DNA of 63,972 nucleotides, counting the filler, from Choristocarpus tenellus KU-1152 (lineage: Eukaryota > Protista > Phaeophyceae): assembly GCA_964200185.2 (NCBI GenBank). It is 9 parts of 9 records of this genome, joined end to end, with 100 filler letters (N's around TTAATTAATTAA, not from the genome) between each part and the next. Parts side by side here need not be neighbours in the genome. Positions count along the whole stretch, not along the records: positions 29,737 to 43,632 come from CAXNAD020001331.1; positions 43,733 to 53,629 come from CAXNAD020003298.1; 7 more parts are not named here. One strand, 5' to 3'. Shown here in pieces: positions 35,755-49,359 of the stretch (position 1 is its first letter; the number at the start of each line of letters is the position of its first letter). Both the position numbers and the translations under genes were made by a program. A model generated the notes under the pieces. That model had not been told where the DNA came from. It did not search any database and saw only the letters and a program-made list of their open reading frames with translations.

Positions 35755-37333
35755 TGATATGAAAAGTGGAAGTGTAGTGGTATGTAGTTCCTCTGACCAT
35801 GGGTTGGGCTACAATCCCCAGGCTAGCTTAGTAGTTGAAGATAGATGATCAAGAATATATTCGTAGTCGTAGTGTGCATGTGTCATAATCATACATAGTC
35901 TTACTACACTACAACACTACTAATATTATGGTAACCATCAGCAGCAGCATCATCAGTGCCAGTGCACTTTCGAGGTCAAACAAAACATCAACGATTGCAA
36001 CTATAGGATCGGACTTGGTTTGGAATTTGTGTCACAGTAGCTGATTGATATTTTGAAGTGATATCTATCCGTTCCTATTGACTCAATGTTTACACACAAG
36101 CAATATTGTGTTAACGGTCTGGAAGTACTATTAATATGTACATATATACGCGCATGGCATGAAGTCCTCTGTCACATTTAGTGGTACCAGTAGGTTCGCC
36201 CACAGCTGCATTTGTTACGATCGCTTTCTCCTCCACCTTGCGAGCCCTTTCGACCTTCTTTCGCTCTGAGCCCTTGTAGCCCAACTCTGACACCTTCTTT
36301 CTCGTTTCCTTAAGCCATTCTGGCTCGCACAGCTTCCAAACAGCCAGAGCTGCTGCAACTGTCAACTACTAGGATATTCTACACCCGGGTTTTCGCTTAG
36401 GCATTTCCTGGGCGCAATGGCACGCAGTCGCATTGCTCTCTTTCCCAACCTTCCCTTCGGGCGGCCACTCCGGTTCTCCCTCGGCCCGCCATGACCAGGC
36501 TTCCCCACAGACTTCTTCACTGTACCACCTGGTGATGGACTCGCCGCTCTCTTCCGGCTTTCCCGAGGCGGCAGTTCTTGCAGAGCAGTTCTCCGAAGTG
36601 GTTGAAGACCCAACCACGTTTGTGTGGTAATGCTTTCAATGCATCTTCTCTCAGCGTCAGAGTCGCGACCCTGTGATCCATTGCCCGATTTGATCATGCT
36701 ACTGCGTCACACTACTCGCACTTTATCGTCACCTAACATCACACTGAGTTCACACAGTACTTGCTTTGTCGTCGCCTCTCTACAGAGAAGGTGCTGAGGG
36801 TAGGTCCAGGGGGCAGAGTGGCCTTGGCGACTCTCCTTGTCTCACCGTCGTGGTTTATGTTGCTTTGTAAGTCACGCGTGTGTGTGCTCGCAAAAAGTAT
36901 GCAAAAGGCGTTAAAAAGATGTTTGGGGGGGTTTTCGGTATCACCACACGAGGTAAAATTGGGCAGCGACCTACCCCTGACCAGTTTTTTGCAAGGAGTT
37001 CAGCCAACCACTCCATCTTTGTCCGTTTTGAAGTCATGACCTGCAAAATTGCGTCGGAGATGTTCCCCCGTGTTTTTGCCATTATTTGATCGAGGCATAC
37101 TCCCGTTCCCCGAAGCCTGGACATTCATGGATACAAAACTTCAAAAAAAGCTCTTGTCATACCCTTTCATTTGATATATATGTCATGTTGTAAAATTGTT
37201 TTGGCGTTCTGGTGAAAAAAGAACAAGATTGCCACAGATGACGAATCTACTGGTACCACCTTACTTAGTATGACAATGCTCCATAGTGTTTAGAAGGGGT
37301 GCCTATTCTCGAATAATAGTATATATCCATGCT

Positions 37334-37489
37334 GACCCAAAGTATCTGGGTGTTCATTTGGATCATAACCAGGAAAAGTGCATTTATATTATCCATCCGA
37401 AGTATGCAACCACATCACCCAAAAATCGCAACATGGAAGAAATTGGCCCCAATTGGGCAGCCACCACCCTCCCCCAGGCACTTGGAGTC
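37334..37489 (+). mobile_element. MITE family A (internal deletion)
   Basis: GACCCAAAGTATCTGGG...CCCAGGCACTTGGAGTC; TSD TGCT/TGCT. Confidence 0.85.
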
Positions 37490-39425
37490 TGCTGAAGATA
37501 AACAGAAAAAGTGTCATTTCAATATTCGAAATATGACAAGTGCAGCAACAGAACAGCATACATACACATATATGCACCTGATGTTGAGAAGTGGAGAAGG
37601 ATGCATTTTTTCATATATTACTTGTACTCTAAAGTCCAGAGTACATTAAAGTACCTTGTTATTCTTGTTGAGGAGGTCTTGGTCCTTCTTCCTCGGTGCC
37701 AAGTCTCTCCCAGACAACGGGCATATTTTCCATGGTGATCACACTCACTGCAAGATGGGCTCCGCACAGTGAGACACAGCAGTCGCTCTCCAAGTAGTCA
37801 TGCGTGCTTAATCCTATAGAGGTGCCATACGTTCGTTGTGGTGCATGCAGATCCTTCCGCCAAATGACATGAGGCGTACAAAATGAACTATTTCGTGGAT
37901 ACATGTCTAGGAGGGTTTGTGGCTAGAATCTTACTGTACACTGTACTTGGTTATGGGCTTTGATTTCCTCCTATGCCACCTCGCTTGGGTAGCCTTGGAT
38001 GACCAGGCCCATGTCTTGTCTCTCTGGGGATTTCAGAAATATACAATATTCTCAAAGTGTGTCTCACAACCTCCCCTTGAGCACTCATTATAGATATTTA
38101 GCTGAAGGCAAGGTGCTGAAGAACCTGAAATGGGGTCCAAAATTGCTGAGCTTGCGGGAGAGACCCACCTGTACTCTCCTCATGTTAAGTATAAACTGAC
38201 AATGGACAAGATACGTTTGTTGAGTGCAGTGTTCACTTGATGGACCTATGATGGATGCTGCCCTCTAACACTTGACAAATAATTGTGTTGGTGTCGCCTA
38301 ATGATTTCTCGTTCTGAAGTCATCACATTTTTGAGACTAGAGCTCTATGATGTGAACGGTAAGAATAGAGATCGTCAGTGGCTAGAGCTTGACTTGGAGT
38401 GGTAGACATTTGTAACAACAAGTGGCATACTGCCCCCCGTTCCCTTCTACATACTTATTTGATGAGATCCAACCCCCCCCCCTATCCCCCCACAGAGTGG
38501 TTATACCTGTATGTTTATGGAGAGATTGTGCATGTCATCATCGTGCGATTTAGGGTGCAACAATGACGCTACCTACAGAGTCACGCAGTCAGCCAGCTAG
38601 TCACTGAAAAAAAAACCTAAACTACATCAGACCCCCATCAGGAGGTCGTAGCTGTAGAAGAGGAAACACGTTTATCCACACAACAAGCGCGAACTTACCC
38701 AAGGCAGCTCTGAGTACATGTACCAGAAGGCAGTCACAGAGGTCATAATTACATACCCAACAGCAACACTGTGTAAATAGGATAAGTGGACTCCTTTTTT
38801 GTTGATTTCTTTGTGTTCTCTTGTACTGTAGCATCATTATTTCCCCCCATAACAACAATACATGCACATAAGTTAATCATCAGTGAATAAAAAGATAATT
38901 ATGGAAACGTGCAACAATGGCGGCAATGAGGCGCAAAATGCTTCCACATTTGTCATGGAAAAAGAAGCAAGATGCTTTCAAGATGCTAAGGCATGTAGTC
39001 AGACGGACAATTTCAAAGGTGGAGGATTCAGAAGGAGAATATATCCAATTGTAAGAAGAAATACAGAAACTCAACAAAAGAAGAGAGAAATGGAACATAT
39101 CATACTCAAAAGAAGAATTGCAAAAAGGAAATAACTCAACGGGGAAAATCGAAAGGGTCCAGCATTCAAATCCTCCCCCCAAACACACACACACACACAC
39201 ACACAGCTCCAACATCAAGGACCGCACAATTAGTCCAAGAAGGGGCATACACTCACTCACAGTCACAAATTAAACAAATCCTATACACTCATCAGCATAA
39301 ATAGATTCCAACAACAGTACCTAGGAGGATATTCAACAGGCCAGACCCCATTCCAAACATAAAGATCAGTAGCTACTGTCACATGTGTTTGACAACTCTT
39401 TTGACCATTTCCTTGCGGCAAGGTA

Positions 39426-39606
39426 GACTAAAAGTATCTAGGGGGGGAGGGGGGGTCTACACTAGGGTGTCCATTTGGCCCAAAATCAGGAAAAGTGCAT
39501 TTACGTTGTCTATCAGATATATGCAACCCAAACCACCCAAAAATCGCGACATGAAAAAATTGACTCCAAATGGACAGCCGCCACCCCCCCTCAGATACTT
39601 TTTGCC
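39426..39606 (+). mobile_element. MITE family A
   Basis: GACTAAAAGTATCTAGGGG...CAGATACTTTTTGCC; TSD GGTA/GGTA. Confidence 0.85.
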
Positions 39607-40768
39607 GGTACAGCATTGTCAGTCTCCTCAATAGCTAAGCTACATTCAGTATGTCAGACGTTCATTAAGTCTCTGCCTCCATCCTCGTCACACCTGGTCC
39701 ACCTGTTCTAATCTTCTGCAAGTAAGTCCCACTGTTCAGCTACGATTCTGAGACACTTAAGGTCATCTGAATCATTGTGTGTATGGTTGATATATATGCT
39801 TCATACAGCCTCCCCTGTGAACTGTCTTCCAGCGTAGAGACTAAGGTGTGGATGCAGGGTTGCACGCCCCTAATAATATGTCATTAATGGAAACACAAAA
39901 ACACACACTGCTTCTTGCAACTTCATCATCATCATCAACCAGGAATCAACGAACATCATCTTAGAAGCATCACCAGGTTATATCCCGTCCTCCCATCTTT
40001 CCCTTCGTTTTCTCAGTGGCATGTTCCCCAAATATCAAGTTCTTGGGCAACAGAAGCTGGTTGTAAGTGTCCTTCTTGAGTGCCCACGCCATGAATCATT
40101 ACCGTAGAACCTAGCAAACCTGAGCCGTGACCATCTGGATCTTAAAGTCAGGTAGTAGTCCAATTGCTGGGTCGTGGAGTTCTTTACCGTACTTCATGAA
40201 GTGCCCCAATGGACATTGGGTGTGCAGTGAATCTTGGTGAAAATATCGGTACAATCACTGATTGAGTCCCTGAGATAAACACACTTGTCAATCTGCTTGC
40301 ACGGTTGCCCTGTTGCCCTGTATTCAGTTTATTCTCAGTCTCGATCTGCATAATGTCTTGCTACCTACTGAGGGACCCTGAGGCACATGGTCTGTATCTT
40401 CTTCCTCAACATGGTCAGCCAAAATGCCTTTGCACACCATGACAATATCAGTTATCATCTTGGCCAAGCTCTCTTTAGCCCTTGACTCGAGGCTCACATC
40501 GTTGGCATAGATCTCACAGTAGAAATTCCCAAGGCATCCCTTGCTCTCTCCCCCTTCCCCTCATGGTGTAAACTTCCTTCTCTACTCTCCTAAGTAAGGT
40601 AGACATGATCTTTTTCAGTAGCATTCCCTTCAGGGCTGAGTCTCTCAGTCGCCACGGTAAGCACATAAAAAGAGTGTAAAAAAGAGTATGAAAAAGAGGT
40701 CGAACAGGAACAGGGCAAGGACAGATCCTGTAGGCAAAAGTCGTATTCACTGAAACATTTTGACAGGA

Positions 40769-40860
40769 CAGTGAAAGCATTTAAGAGGGAAGGCGTTTTG
40801 CTCTGTTTGTCCGTTCGGGGCTTGGCTTCCCACGGAGATTTTATGCCCTTTTTCGGGTTT
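40769..40860 (-). mobile_element. MITE family B, divergent partial copy
   Basis: CAGTGAAAGCATTTAAGAGGG...CTGTTTGTCCGTTCGGGGCTTGGCTTCCCACGG aligns to the B end. Confidence 0.7.
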
Positions 40861-41124
40861 CTGTGAGAACACAGAAGAGATTTTCCAGCTCATACCATGA
40901 TTTAGATGCTGTTCCCCTATTCGTCCAATCTTCTTGGTTGGACATGATTGTAGAGGTGTATTATATTCTCATCCTTCCACACATGCAAGGCATTGTATTG
41001 GAAACCCTGGAGATATTCTTGTCATTTCTCATCATTCATCATCAATTGGAAATGCGCGATCGCGCGGTTCCCTTCCTAACCACCCCCATATCATTCACAA
41101 CCAACACCAGGACTAAGATTAACC

Positions 41125-41875
41125 ATGGCCACAAGAGGGGTGTTCCAGCTACGGACATTGACCATCATGTATTGTGACTATGGTGGTAGTAGCAGGGGAG
41201 TGCGGGAGTTTATCCGAAATCGCATCGTAGATTTCGCGCGTGAGACGCCCCACGCCCAAGTTGTCACAGAATTAAGACGAGGGAGACACCCTAAAATAGT
41301 GGGGGACTACATCAAGGGGAACAGCAAAGTAGTGGAAGTGAAAAACAGGGATCCAGACGAAGTATTAGACTTCGCCTACATGCTCCGGAATTCCAGCGGG
41401 CGAAAGGTATGTGCCAGAAGCGTGATCATCGATCCTGATGCTGGAGTTGAGATTTGACGAAGTAATTGTTTGGGGTTCGAATAACATTGCCAACGTTCAG
41501 GTGCAAAGTTTAAATCTGTCTGATATTTAATTGACCTTCCTCCCCCTATATTTCGATATTTCATCCTTGGTGCCCAATGAAACCTAGCGAGGGGCGTCGC
41601 GACAGCACAACCCTTGCAAACCATCTTAATCTCAGGTTGCCTACATTTCTCACGCAATGTCGACGCCGCTATAGAATGAAGATGTGAAGTCTTTCGTGCC
41701 AACAGATGCACCTGTCTCTAAACATAACGTGATGGACCACCACCCTGTGTATATGTTTTGCCAGATGACCAAGTTCAAGGTGCCAGTGTATACCCGCAAC
41801 CCATCTATCCAGGGTGTGTGGAGTAACGAAGTCCCCTTTCATTCCTTGCCATTCGAAGTGCAGCACCAAGGATGA
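41125..41875 (+). CDS. MRPL43: Mitochondrial ribosomal protein mL43 (L51/S25/CI-B8 domain), complete; exons 41125-41406 and 41765-41875
   Basis: MATRGVFQLRTLTIMYCDYGGSSRGVREF...RRGRHP...LRNSSGRK|MTKFKVPVYTRNPSIQGVW. The GSSRG.REF, RHP and terminal PSIQG.W motifs are typical of mL43. Donor AAG|gtatgt, acceptor ccag|ATG. Confidence 0.93.
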
Positions 41876-44800
41876 TGCTATACGTGCGGATTTGGTGCCT
41901 TCCCATTTCCTTGAGGACGTAACTTGTACATACAATACATACAGCAAAGTGGTCGCTTCGCCGATCACCTGAAGTCCATGGGGATCGACACCACTAGCAA
42001 GCCTTGGTAGACTGATTTGCATGAGCTGAACGACTAGAGTGGGTCTGAATTTTGCTTTGTAAGTGTTTTGAGGGTAATCGGATGATGGAAGATTGTGTGC
42101 AATACTGACCCCTCTATGCTTCACAAGTATCCTGACCATAGACATTGGTACAATCATACCACACTTAAGTTGTCATGTGGTGAGTGACAGGACTCTTATC
42201 AGGACGTCTAAATAGCTTTCTACTACCCGTTCCTGTGCTGTCTGTTCCGTAATATTGGCATCACTTCCTCAGACAGCAAGACTGCAATTGTCACCCAAGC
42301 CCAAAATTTCGAAAAGATGCTTTGCCTTGTGGTATTAGACAACGAAGTGTCGGAGTTATCACATGTTGTCCTGCATTGTTTTCTGCACCTGTAGCTAGAA
42401 TTGTGTTGTAATTCATAACTATGCTCTTTGAGGGACAACACGTTCATTTTATTTAATGGCCGGTCTTTCTGGATCCTTCAAATCCCCTATACATTGATTT
42501 TTTGAAGAGATGTGAGTTCCTGGTGGGTGATGCAGCACAGAATCAAACCAACCCAGGTTCTACTCACGTGCACCATGAGGATGTCTGCCCCAGCATGAAC
42601 AATCTATTTACTCTGCATCAGTAACAACTCCTGCACTCAGGTCCAATATCCACCCCCAGCTATTATGATGTACACATAGATCAGTGTGTACTTCGCAGTC
42701 GATTTTGTGCGACTTTGGACACGCAAAAAACGATTTTCACGTGTCAAGAGTCAATTTAAGGGGGCAGATACGCCTTCAGGACACCCCGAAATTGGCTGGG
42801 GTAGGGGACTACTGGCTACAATTACTGAGAGTCATCACATGTGACTGGAATGAATCTGGCTTAGCTAGTACGCTGTATGGTCCCTGTATGCAGTGTAGGT
42901 GGTGTTCACGACATGTATCCAAGTTTGCCCAGATAGTTCGTACAGTACACATTCCGAGGAAGCAGCAAGGTACATCCTCTGCTAGACCAAATCCAGGAGG
43001 TCAGTCAATCTCAAATATGTTTAATCTCCTCAGTGATTATGATGTGCCAGCCTCATCATTCGCACTTCATTCACTTCACTGTCTCAGCTCATTCACAGCC
43101 CTCTTAGCTTCAAATGATCAAACTCTACGCAAAGTATTTTGTATGTAAGAGTGAGTGCAACATTGACTGTCATGAACACGAAGCTTATTTTGTCTGCCAG
43201 AACTATCACCCTCACATTGTCCATTTAGATGTTCAGGAAGCACTCAGGGTGGGCTGCATAAGTACTTAGTCATCGTCATACCAAATGAATAAAGATAATT
43301 AAGACTCATTTGTTGATCTAAAGGACTTGCGACACTCATAACAATGAGCACCAACAGGATGGTAATCAGCCCCCTGGAGTACTGAGTGCAAACTAAATCA
43401 TACATCTCCAGGATAATCCCTGAATTGGTGCAACTTATCTTGATGGTTAATTGAACAGTGCCCCATGCATGAATTCGATGTATGGGTCATTTCGTCGATT
43501 CTTCTCATGAAAATCTGGCTTCATTTGTCAAAGTCCATACGGTAAGCTCAACCGATTGCACACCTCTACCACATGGCATAGTAGGAAGCCCTGCAGCCCC
43601 ATCCTAACTGGCGCAATGCAAGTAAAAGCTATNNNNNNNNNNNNNNNNNNNNNNNNNNNNNNNNNNNNNNNNNNNNTTAATTAATTAANNNNNNNNNNNN
43701 NNNNNNNNNNNNNNNNNNNNNNNNNNNNNNNNCCCACCCCACCCCCCTCTTTTCCTACCCCCCCCCCCCCCCCCCCAACTTGCTCCAGCCTTCTCTTTTG
43801 AGGCAACTTGAAGAAGAGGAACATGTGGTGCTTGAAAACAGGATGAGGCTGTACAACTTGGAAAAAATGTCAAAAGAAGGTTCCCATGAGGTAGGCCAGG
43901 TTACACAGCCATCAAGAGGCATTAAAGAGGTTGAAGGAACGTAATCATGGAGGAAACACCGTTCAGTTGATACTTTTGGCACCTGCCCGTATTAATAGTG
44001 TGAAAACTCTGCAGCAGTAGAACTGAGATGACATAGGGTGGTATTATCATTTTGTTCTTTGATGTTGTCATTTGATTCTTTTTCTTAACAAATTGTACAT
44101 ATTGTAGAAGTCCTGCTGAAGTAAAGTGTGCTTTTGGCTGGTGGGATGGTCTACAAAAAGGTAACCACATCCTGAGACTGACATGGATCAGTCAAAAAAT
44201 AGATTTGTATTATTTGTAATTATGGTATAGGGTTTGGTGTAGGTATAGGTATAGTGGAGGACTGCTTCAAATTGCCATCATTTTTGCTTCTTTGGCTTAG
44301 TCATGGTATGTATGGTGTAGTGTTTATGTAAAATGGTTAGGGTGGTTGAAGGTAAGAACATGAAGGGTATATAATACACCTCCCTCAAAGTGGTGTATGT
44401 GCACTAACTCCATTACAATGTTCTCACTCTCCCTTTCTAAGATATGTTTGGTTGTTCCTTTGGTAGAGGCATAATGAACAGAGTAACAGAGTGTGCCTTC
44501 CTAAACAAAGGATATGAACATTTAGAGGTATATTGCCCACCCCACCCACCGCCTTGAATCCCCACCTGACCTGTTTTTTCCCAGTTCTCATGCATTTCAA
44601 ATATATCAGAATAGTGTATCGATGATGATCAAGTAGTCATGTGTTCGCACTCATAGCCTATAGTCCCCCCTCTGCACATACAACTCCTCCAATTCAATTC
44701 CTTCCCTTGGCTGAAAATAGTTGACAGTGCCGGGAGGGATTGGTCATTGAGACTATCGACCCTATTTGTTACTACTTCAAAGTATCAGATATGTTCATGA

Positions 44801-47295
44801 CCTTGGATTGGAAGTACAGTATGGGTTTGACATTCACCCTGTACTACAAACCCCCAAAGGAAACAAATAAACTAAACAAACCTGATGGAGATGACAAAAG
44901 TAGGATTCCAAGGTATTTGTACTGGAAATAATTAAGAATGGTTCCTTTCAAATATTTGTCAATGACAAGGTGCATCCAGTATCAAGGAACAAAACCAAAT
45001 ATATATATATATATACATATCTACAATACTGTTTTTTACAGAGATACATAGTCACTGCTGTTATGATTTCTTTCCCCCATAACTGTAACTCTGTAGGTAG
45101 ACAAGTGCCAAACCTTTTCTGCTTGCTGAAAGGTCAACACATCCACTCCACCAGGTCGTTAGTGGCACCACATGAGATGGGGGCCTCACATGATCCCTCT
45201 TTGCTGAAGTGTGATGAGATACGGTTGAAAACATAGTCTCTACTATTTTTAGCTGAAATAATGACATGTTGGTCTTGGTGGAAAATTGTGGAGTGTGATA
45301 CCAAGTGTCCAACACACAACCAGTCCTCACTGCTCACTGTACATACACTAATTGCTGCCCTATACACACACAGAGTACTATTGCCGGTCATGATGAGGTC
45401 AACTGTGTGTGTGAAACACCGCAGGAGACTGGTGAAGTACCAGTTTTGTCCTCTACCACTGATTATACTCTAAGGTTGTTTCTAGCATGTCTGGTTGTAC
45501 TCTTGTCTATTGATTATGGGGTGAGTAGTATAACATTCCTGTAGCGAACACAGTTAGAGAAGACATCTGTGCAAGTGAGTTGCTCTTTTCTCTATTCCTA
45601 ACTATACTATCATCAACACACACAACTGCACTGGTCATATAGACTGCCCTTCAACCTGCATCCAATGCAAACCCCACACATATATATTTCCCCAACCCCT
45701 CCCCACCTATCAATCCCTACCTCTACTCTGCTGTTTTACTCTCATGTTCATTAGGTAGTGCTTAGAGAGGGAGATGACCTGGCTACTGCAATAGGAAGGG
45801 TATCAGGCACTATAGTAAGGATACAACGACTGAAGGATGGGACAGGGACAGGAATTGGTGGAGGCAGTGTGTGCCTGACACTCAGAAGTACACCCTTATG
45901 AAATTACAGGTGTAGGATGCAGCTATTAGAATAGTGGCAGAGGGCTATAATATAAGCCCACCCCCAAGCCACTACGTACTGATCTCATCTTACACCGGGC
46001 TGAGCAATGTGGGTGCTGATCAGTGAAGAATTACCGATCAGATAACTTGTGAAGCCTCTTTGTGTATATCCCTGGAACAAATTGCTGTTGATGTAAGAAC
46101 ACTCTTGAAGTAAATTTTGAATTTGTAGCAATAGGTTTGTGTCACTTTTGTGGTTCTTCAGGGGAGTCCACCATAGCTCTTGACATGAAACAATTTGGTT
46201 CAACTCCTCCAAAAATTGAAATGTGAACGGCAAAGAGTAAATAGAAGAGTATTATTTATTATTTATTCTGTACTCAATATTTGTATTGTAGTGATATGTT
46301 GGTGATGATCAACAAAAATACATGGGGAGCAACACAGAGATTTTTGGTTCATGTCCTGGGGATGAACACACCTGCTATTGTGTAAGGAATAGATTCCAGT
46401 CCATGAGACCCTTGCCCCAGTTGGAGACCTCTTACAATGGATAATAATGTTGCAGCAGGACCTCTAAATACTACATTCCTAATAAGCATGGTACGCAAAA
46501 TATGTTATTTCTAATGTAAATTGAATAATGTAAAATAAAAAGATGGAAGAGGCAAATGGTTTGTGAATTACACAGGCCCTACAAGCACTACATGATTTAT
46601 CTAATTTGTTTTGATGTGCAATAGTGGTTAATCAGGCACAGACATGCAGAGATTTCACACATGAGGTTTCAAGAGTGATCACAGAGCAAAATGTCCTGAT
46701 ATGCCTAACAGACACATACACCTTAGAGTTCTGAGGCTGGATGAAAGGAGGGGACTGGTGCTCTGTATTTGTAGTATTGCATTGAACCCATGCCAGGAAT
46801 GGAGTATGGTGTGTGACTAAAGCAATGTGGCCATTGGCAGCATATTGGTTGAGCAGATTAATTTGTCCTTGTCTGCAGAGGATGAAGGAACTCTAGCAAT
46901 CTTGTAAGTCTCTTAGACAAGACTTGAGTGGGTTATTACTCGAGTTCCTTTTATTTATTTTTATTGTGTAGTTCACAGCACCTCCATGGGGGTTGGAATA
47001 ATGCTGAAGCTTGTGTTACGAAGAATCAATGAGATGTGGATATTGGGATCAATGAGTGGAGTATGAGAGAGTCAACACGAAACTGCCAGCAACCTCATAT
47101 GTTTGTTTTGTCTTCCTGCTGGTATCTCAAAAAGATTTTTTTTAATTCAGTCAGGGACTGTTTCCAGTGATACGTACCTATAATGGATTTTATTGCCTGA
47201 CAAGCAAGTGAAGCAGTGAAACCCTAGGCGGTTCTATGCACTATGATTGTTGTTTCTATACATAAGACCAAATGCAAGACCAGCAGTCAATTTGT

Positions 47296-47555
47296 GAGTC
47301 GAAGTACCTTAGAGGGTAGAGCCGCGTCCGTTTGGGGGCCAAAATCCAATGTTGCAATTTTCATGTAATTTTGGCTATCGTGTTTGTTAAGAAGTGTCAA
47401 TATCCTTGTTCCTGGCACACCTTTTCATAACATAGGTACATTAAACTCCGAAACATTTCGGAGTCGGTAAAATGTCACAAAAAAAACCCCGTGGGAAGCC
47501 AAGCCCCAAACGGACAAACAGGGCAAAAATCGTACCCCCTAAGATACTTTCACTC
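47296..47555 (+). mobile_element. MITE family B
   Basis: GAGTCGAAGTACCTTAGAGGGTA...TACCCCCTAAGATACTTTCACTC; flanks TGT/TGT. Confidence 0.9.
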
Positions 47556-49314
47556 TGTAAGTTGTTATTACCTGTGTGAACCAGGAAATAATCCTTTGAA
47601 GGGCATCCCACGAAGTAAGAGAGTGAGGCCAACTGATTTGGCCAGGAAAGGTTTACTGAGAGAACACTTGGGAACAGTTGTATCATACTGCACTCAAAAT
47701 GTGTTGGTTGCCATGTGTTTAGGTACAGCACCATCCACAGTCTTACACATTTGAGTGCTGTAGCTAGAACATTAAAAAAATGAAAAGACAAGAGGCTGAG
47801 AAACTCCTTAACTTGGCTGTACGCATCTTCACCAATTGGATGCATACACGAACCCTAATAATAATGACGCTTGAACAGGTGTCTTTTTTTGTTGCAAGTC
47901 ATCACATATTTTAAATACTTGCATAATGCAGATCCAGCATTTCATAGCTACCTGAAGTATTCACAATTAAAACATAAGGGTGCTTGTCCAGATTCGAAAG
48001 TCTTACGTTGAAGTACTAATATTAAAAATCATGACAGAAATAATGACATTTGTGACAAGTTGGAGGTAGGTCAGTAGCAAAACTACTGACCGATTTCTAC
48101 CTCTGACAAAATAGTAATATAGTAAGGGGTGAGATGTATTAGGAAGAGTTGGTACTGTTGTTTTGAGTCTGATAACAATGGCGAGTTAGGTCATAACTTG
48201 TGAAAGCATATCAATAAACTAGGTACTACTACTTGAATAGACTCTTGTGATCAAATAGAAATTCACCTATGTAGCTATTCCTCTCCTCCCAAACAGTCAC
48301 ACTGATCTACCTTGTAGTACAAAGGTTTCACTAATGTAATGACTTGAAGGTGCTAATTATCTGTAGAAGTAAAATGACAGGTGATCCATCCATACAAACA
48401 GTGCATATTGTACTTGTACACCAATCAGTATTAGTATAGCTGATGTTGCGAACCAAATGAAGTATTGATACAGCTGCACTTAAATCAACTAAACAAAACA
48501 TTGATCAGTTTGAAATGTCAGCACATGAATATACTACAAACCCTCAAGAATATCAGCAGGCAGATCCAAAGCCATCAGCAGTGAAATGTGTTGTGAGGGG
48601 TGGGTAGTGAGGTGACACCTGATGACAAATATACAGTTCTGTGACGTCTGGCATATCCATCGGTCACACTTCTGCTTGCGATGTGATAAAAAAAAAATGG
48701 CGAAATAACGAGAACTTTTTTCAGTTCAGCTATTGGTTCGTGCCAATTGAAGAGTCACCATAAGTGTAACTGTCACCATCAGTAAAAACAAGTAAGGTTA
48801 CACAGAAAAATTACTTGTACTTCATTTCATGTAGGTTCCAATTTGTCCAGGGTTGTGACATTCTTTCATGTAATAAAACACCTATATTATCACAAATTGA
48901 TACTTGATTTTATCTCATGTAACGCCTCTATCTCTTGAATACACCTGTATTGTCACAAATTGATCATTGGTTTGTAGTAGATTTCCCTTCATTCCAAGTC
49001 AGTCAGTTGTGATCAACTCTATTAATAGAACCAAATATGAAAGTGGACAACAACTAACTGATTGGGAACTTGGACACACAGGGGGACAAGAAAACATTAA
49101 CAGTGCTTGTTTTATCCACCTGACTTGACTCTTGATTGACCTAAACACCATGATCACCACAAGGAAAGTAAAAATAAATAAATAGATAGATGATAGATAA
49201 GCACCTCAAGTTACAGGTCCTAAAGTACACAGATGATTTGCCTCAGTTTAACGACCTCTTGTACAGCTAAGAAAGTGAGGTCCAGTTCCTGATGACCCAA
49301 AAATTCAAGTGCTG

Positions 49315-49316
<2 letters not shown>

Positions 49317-49359
<43 letters not shown>
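49317..49359. repeat. (ATT)n microsatellite
   Basis: Directly visible. Confidence 0.95.

Noticed and set aside
39930-40200. YYLTLRSRWSRLRFARFYG as a Fanzor/TnpB-like motif
   Set aside because: Only a superficial resemblance; no RuvC catalytic motifs or zinc finger could be identified downstream.
43803-43890. Exon-like segment QLEEEEHVVLENRMRLYNLEKMSKEGSHE on the plus strand
   Set aside because: A single short block with a weak GAG acceptor and no linked exons or motif; not supportable as a gene call.
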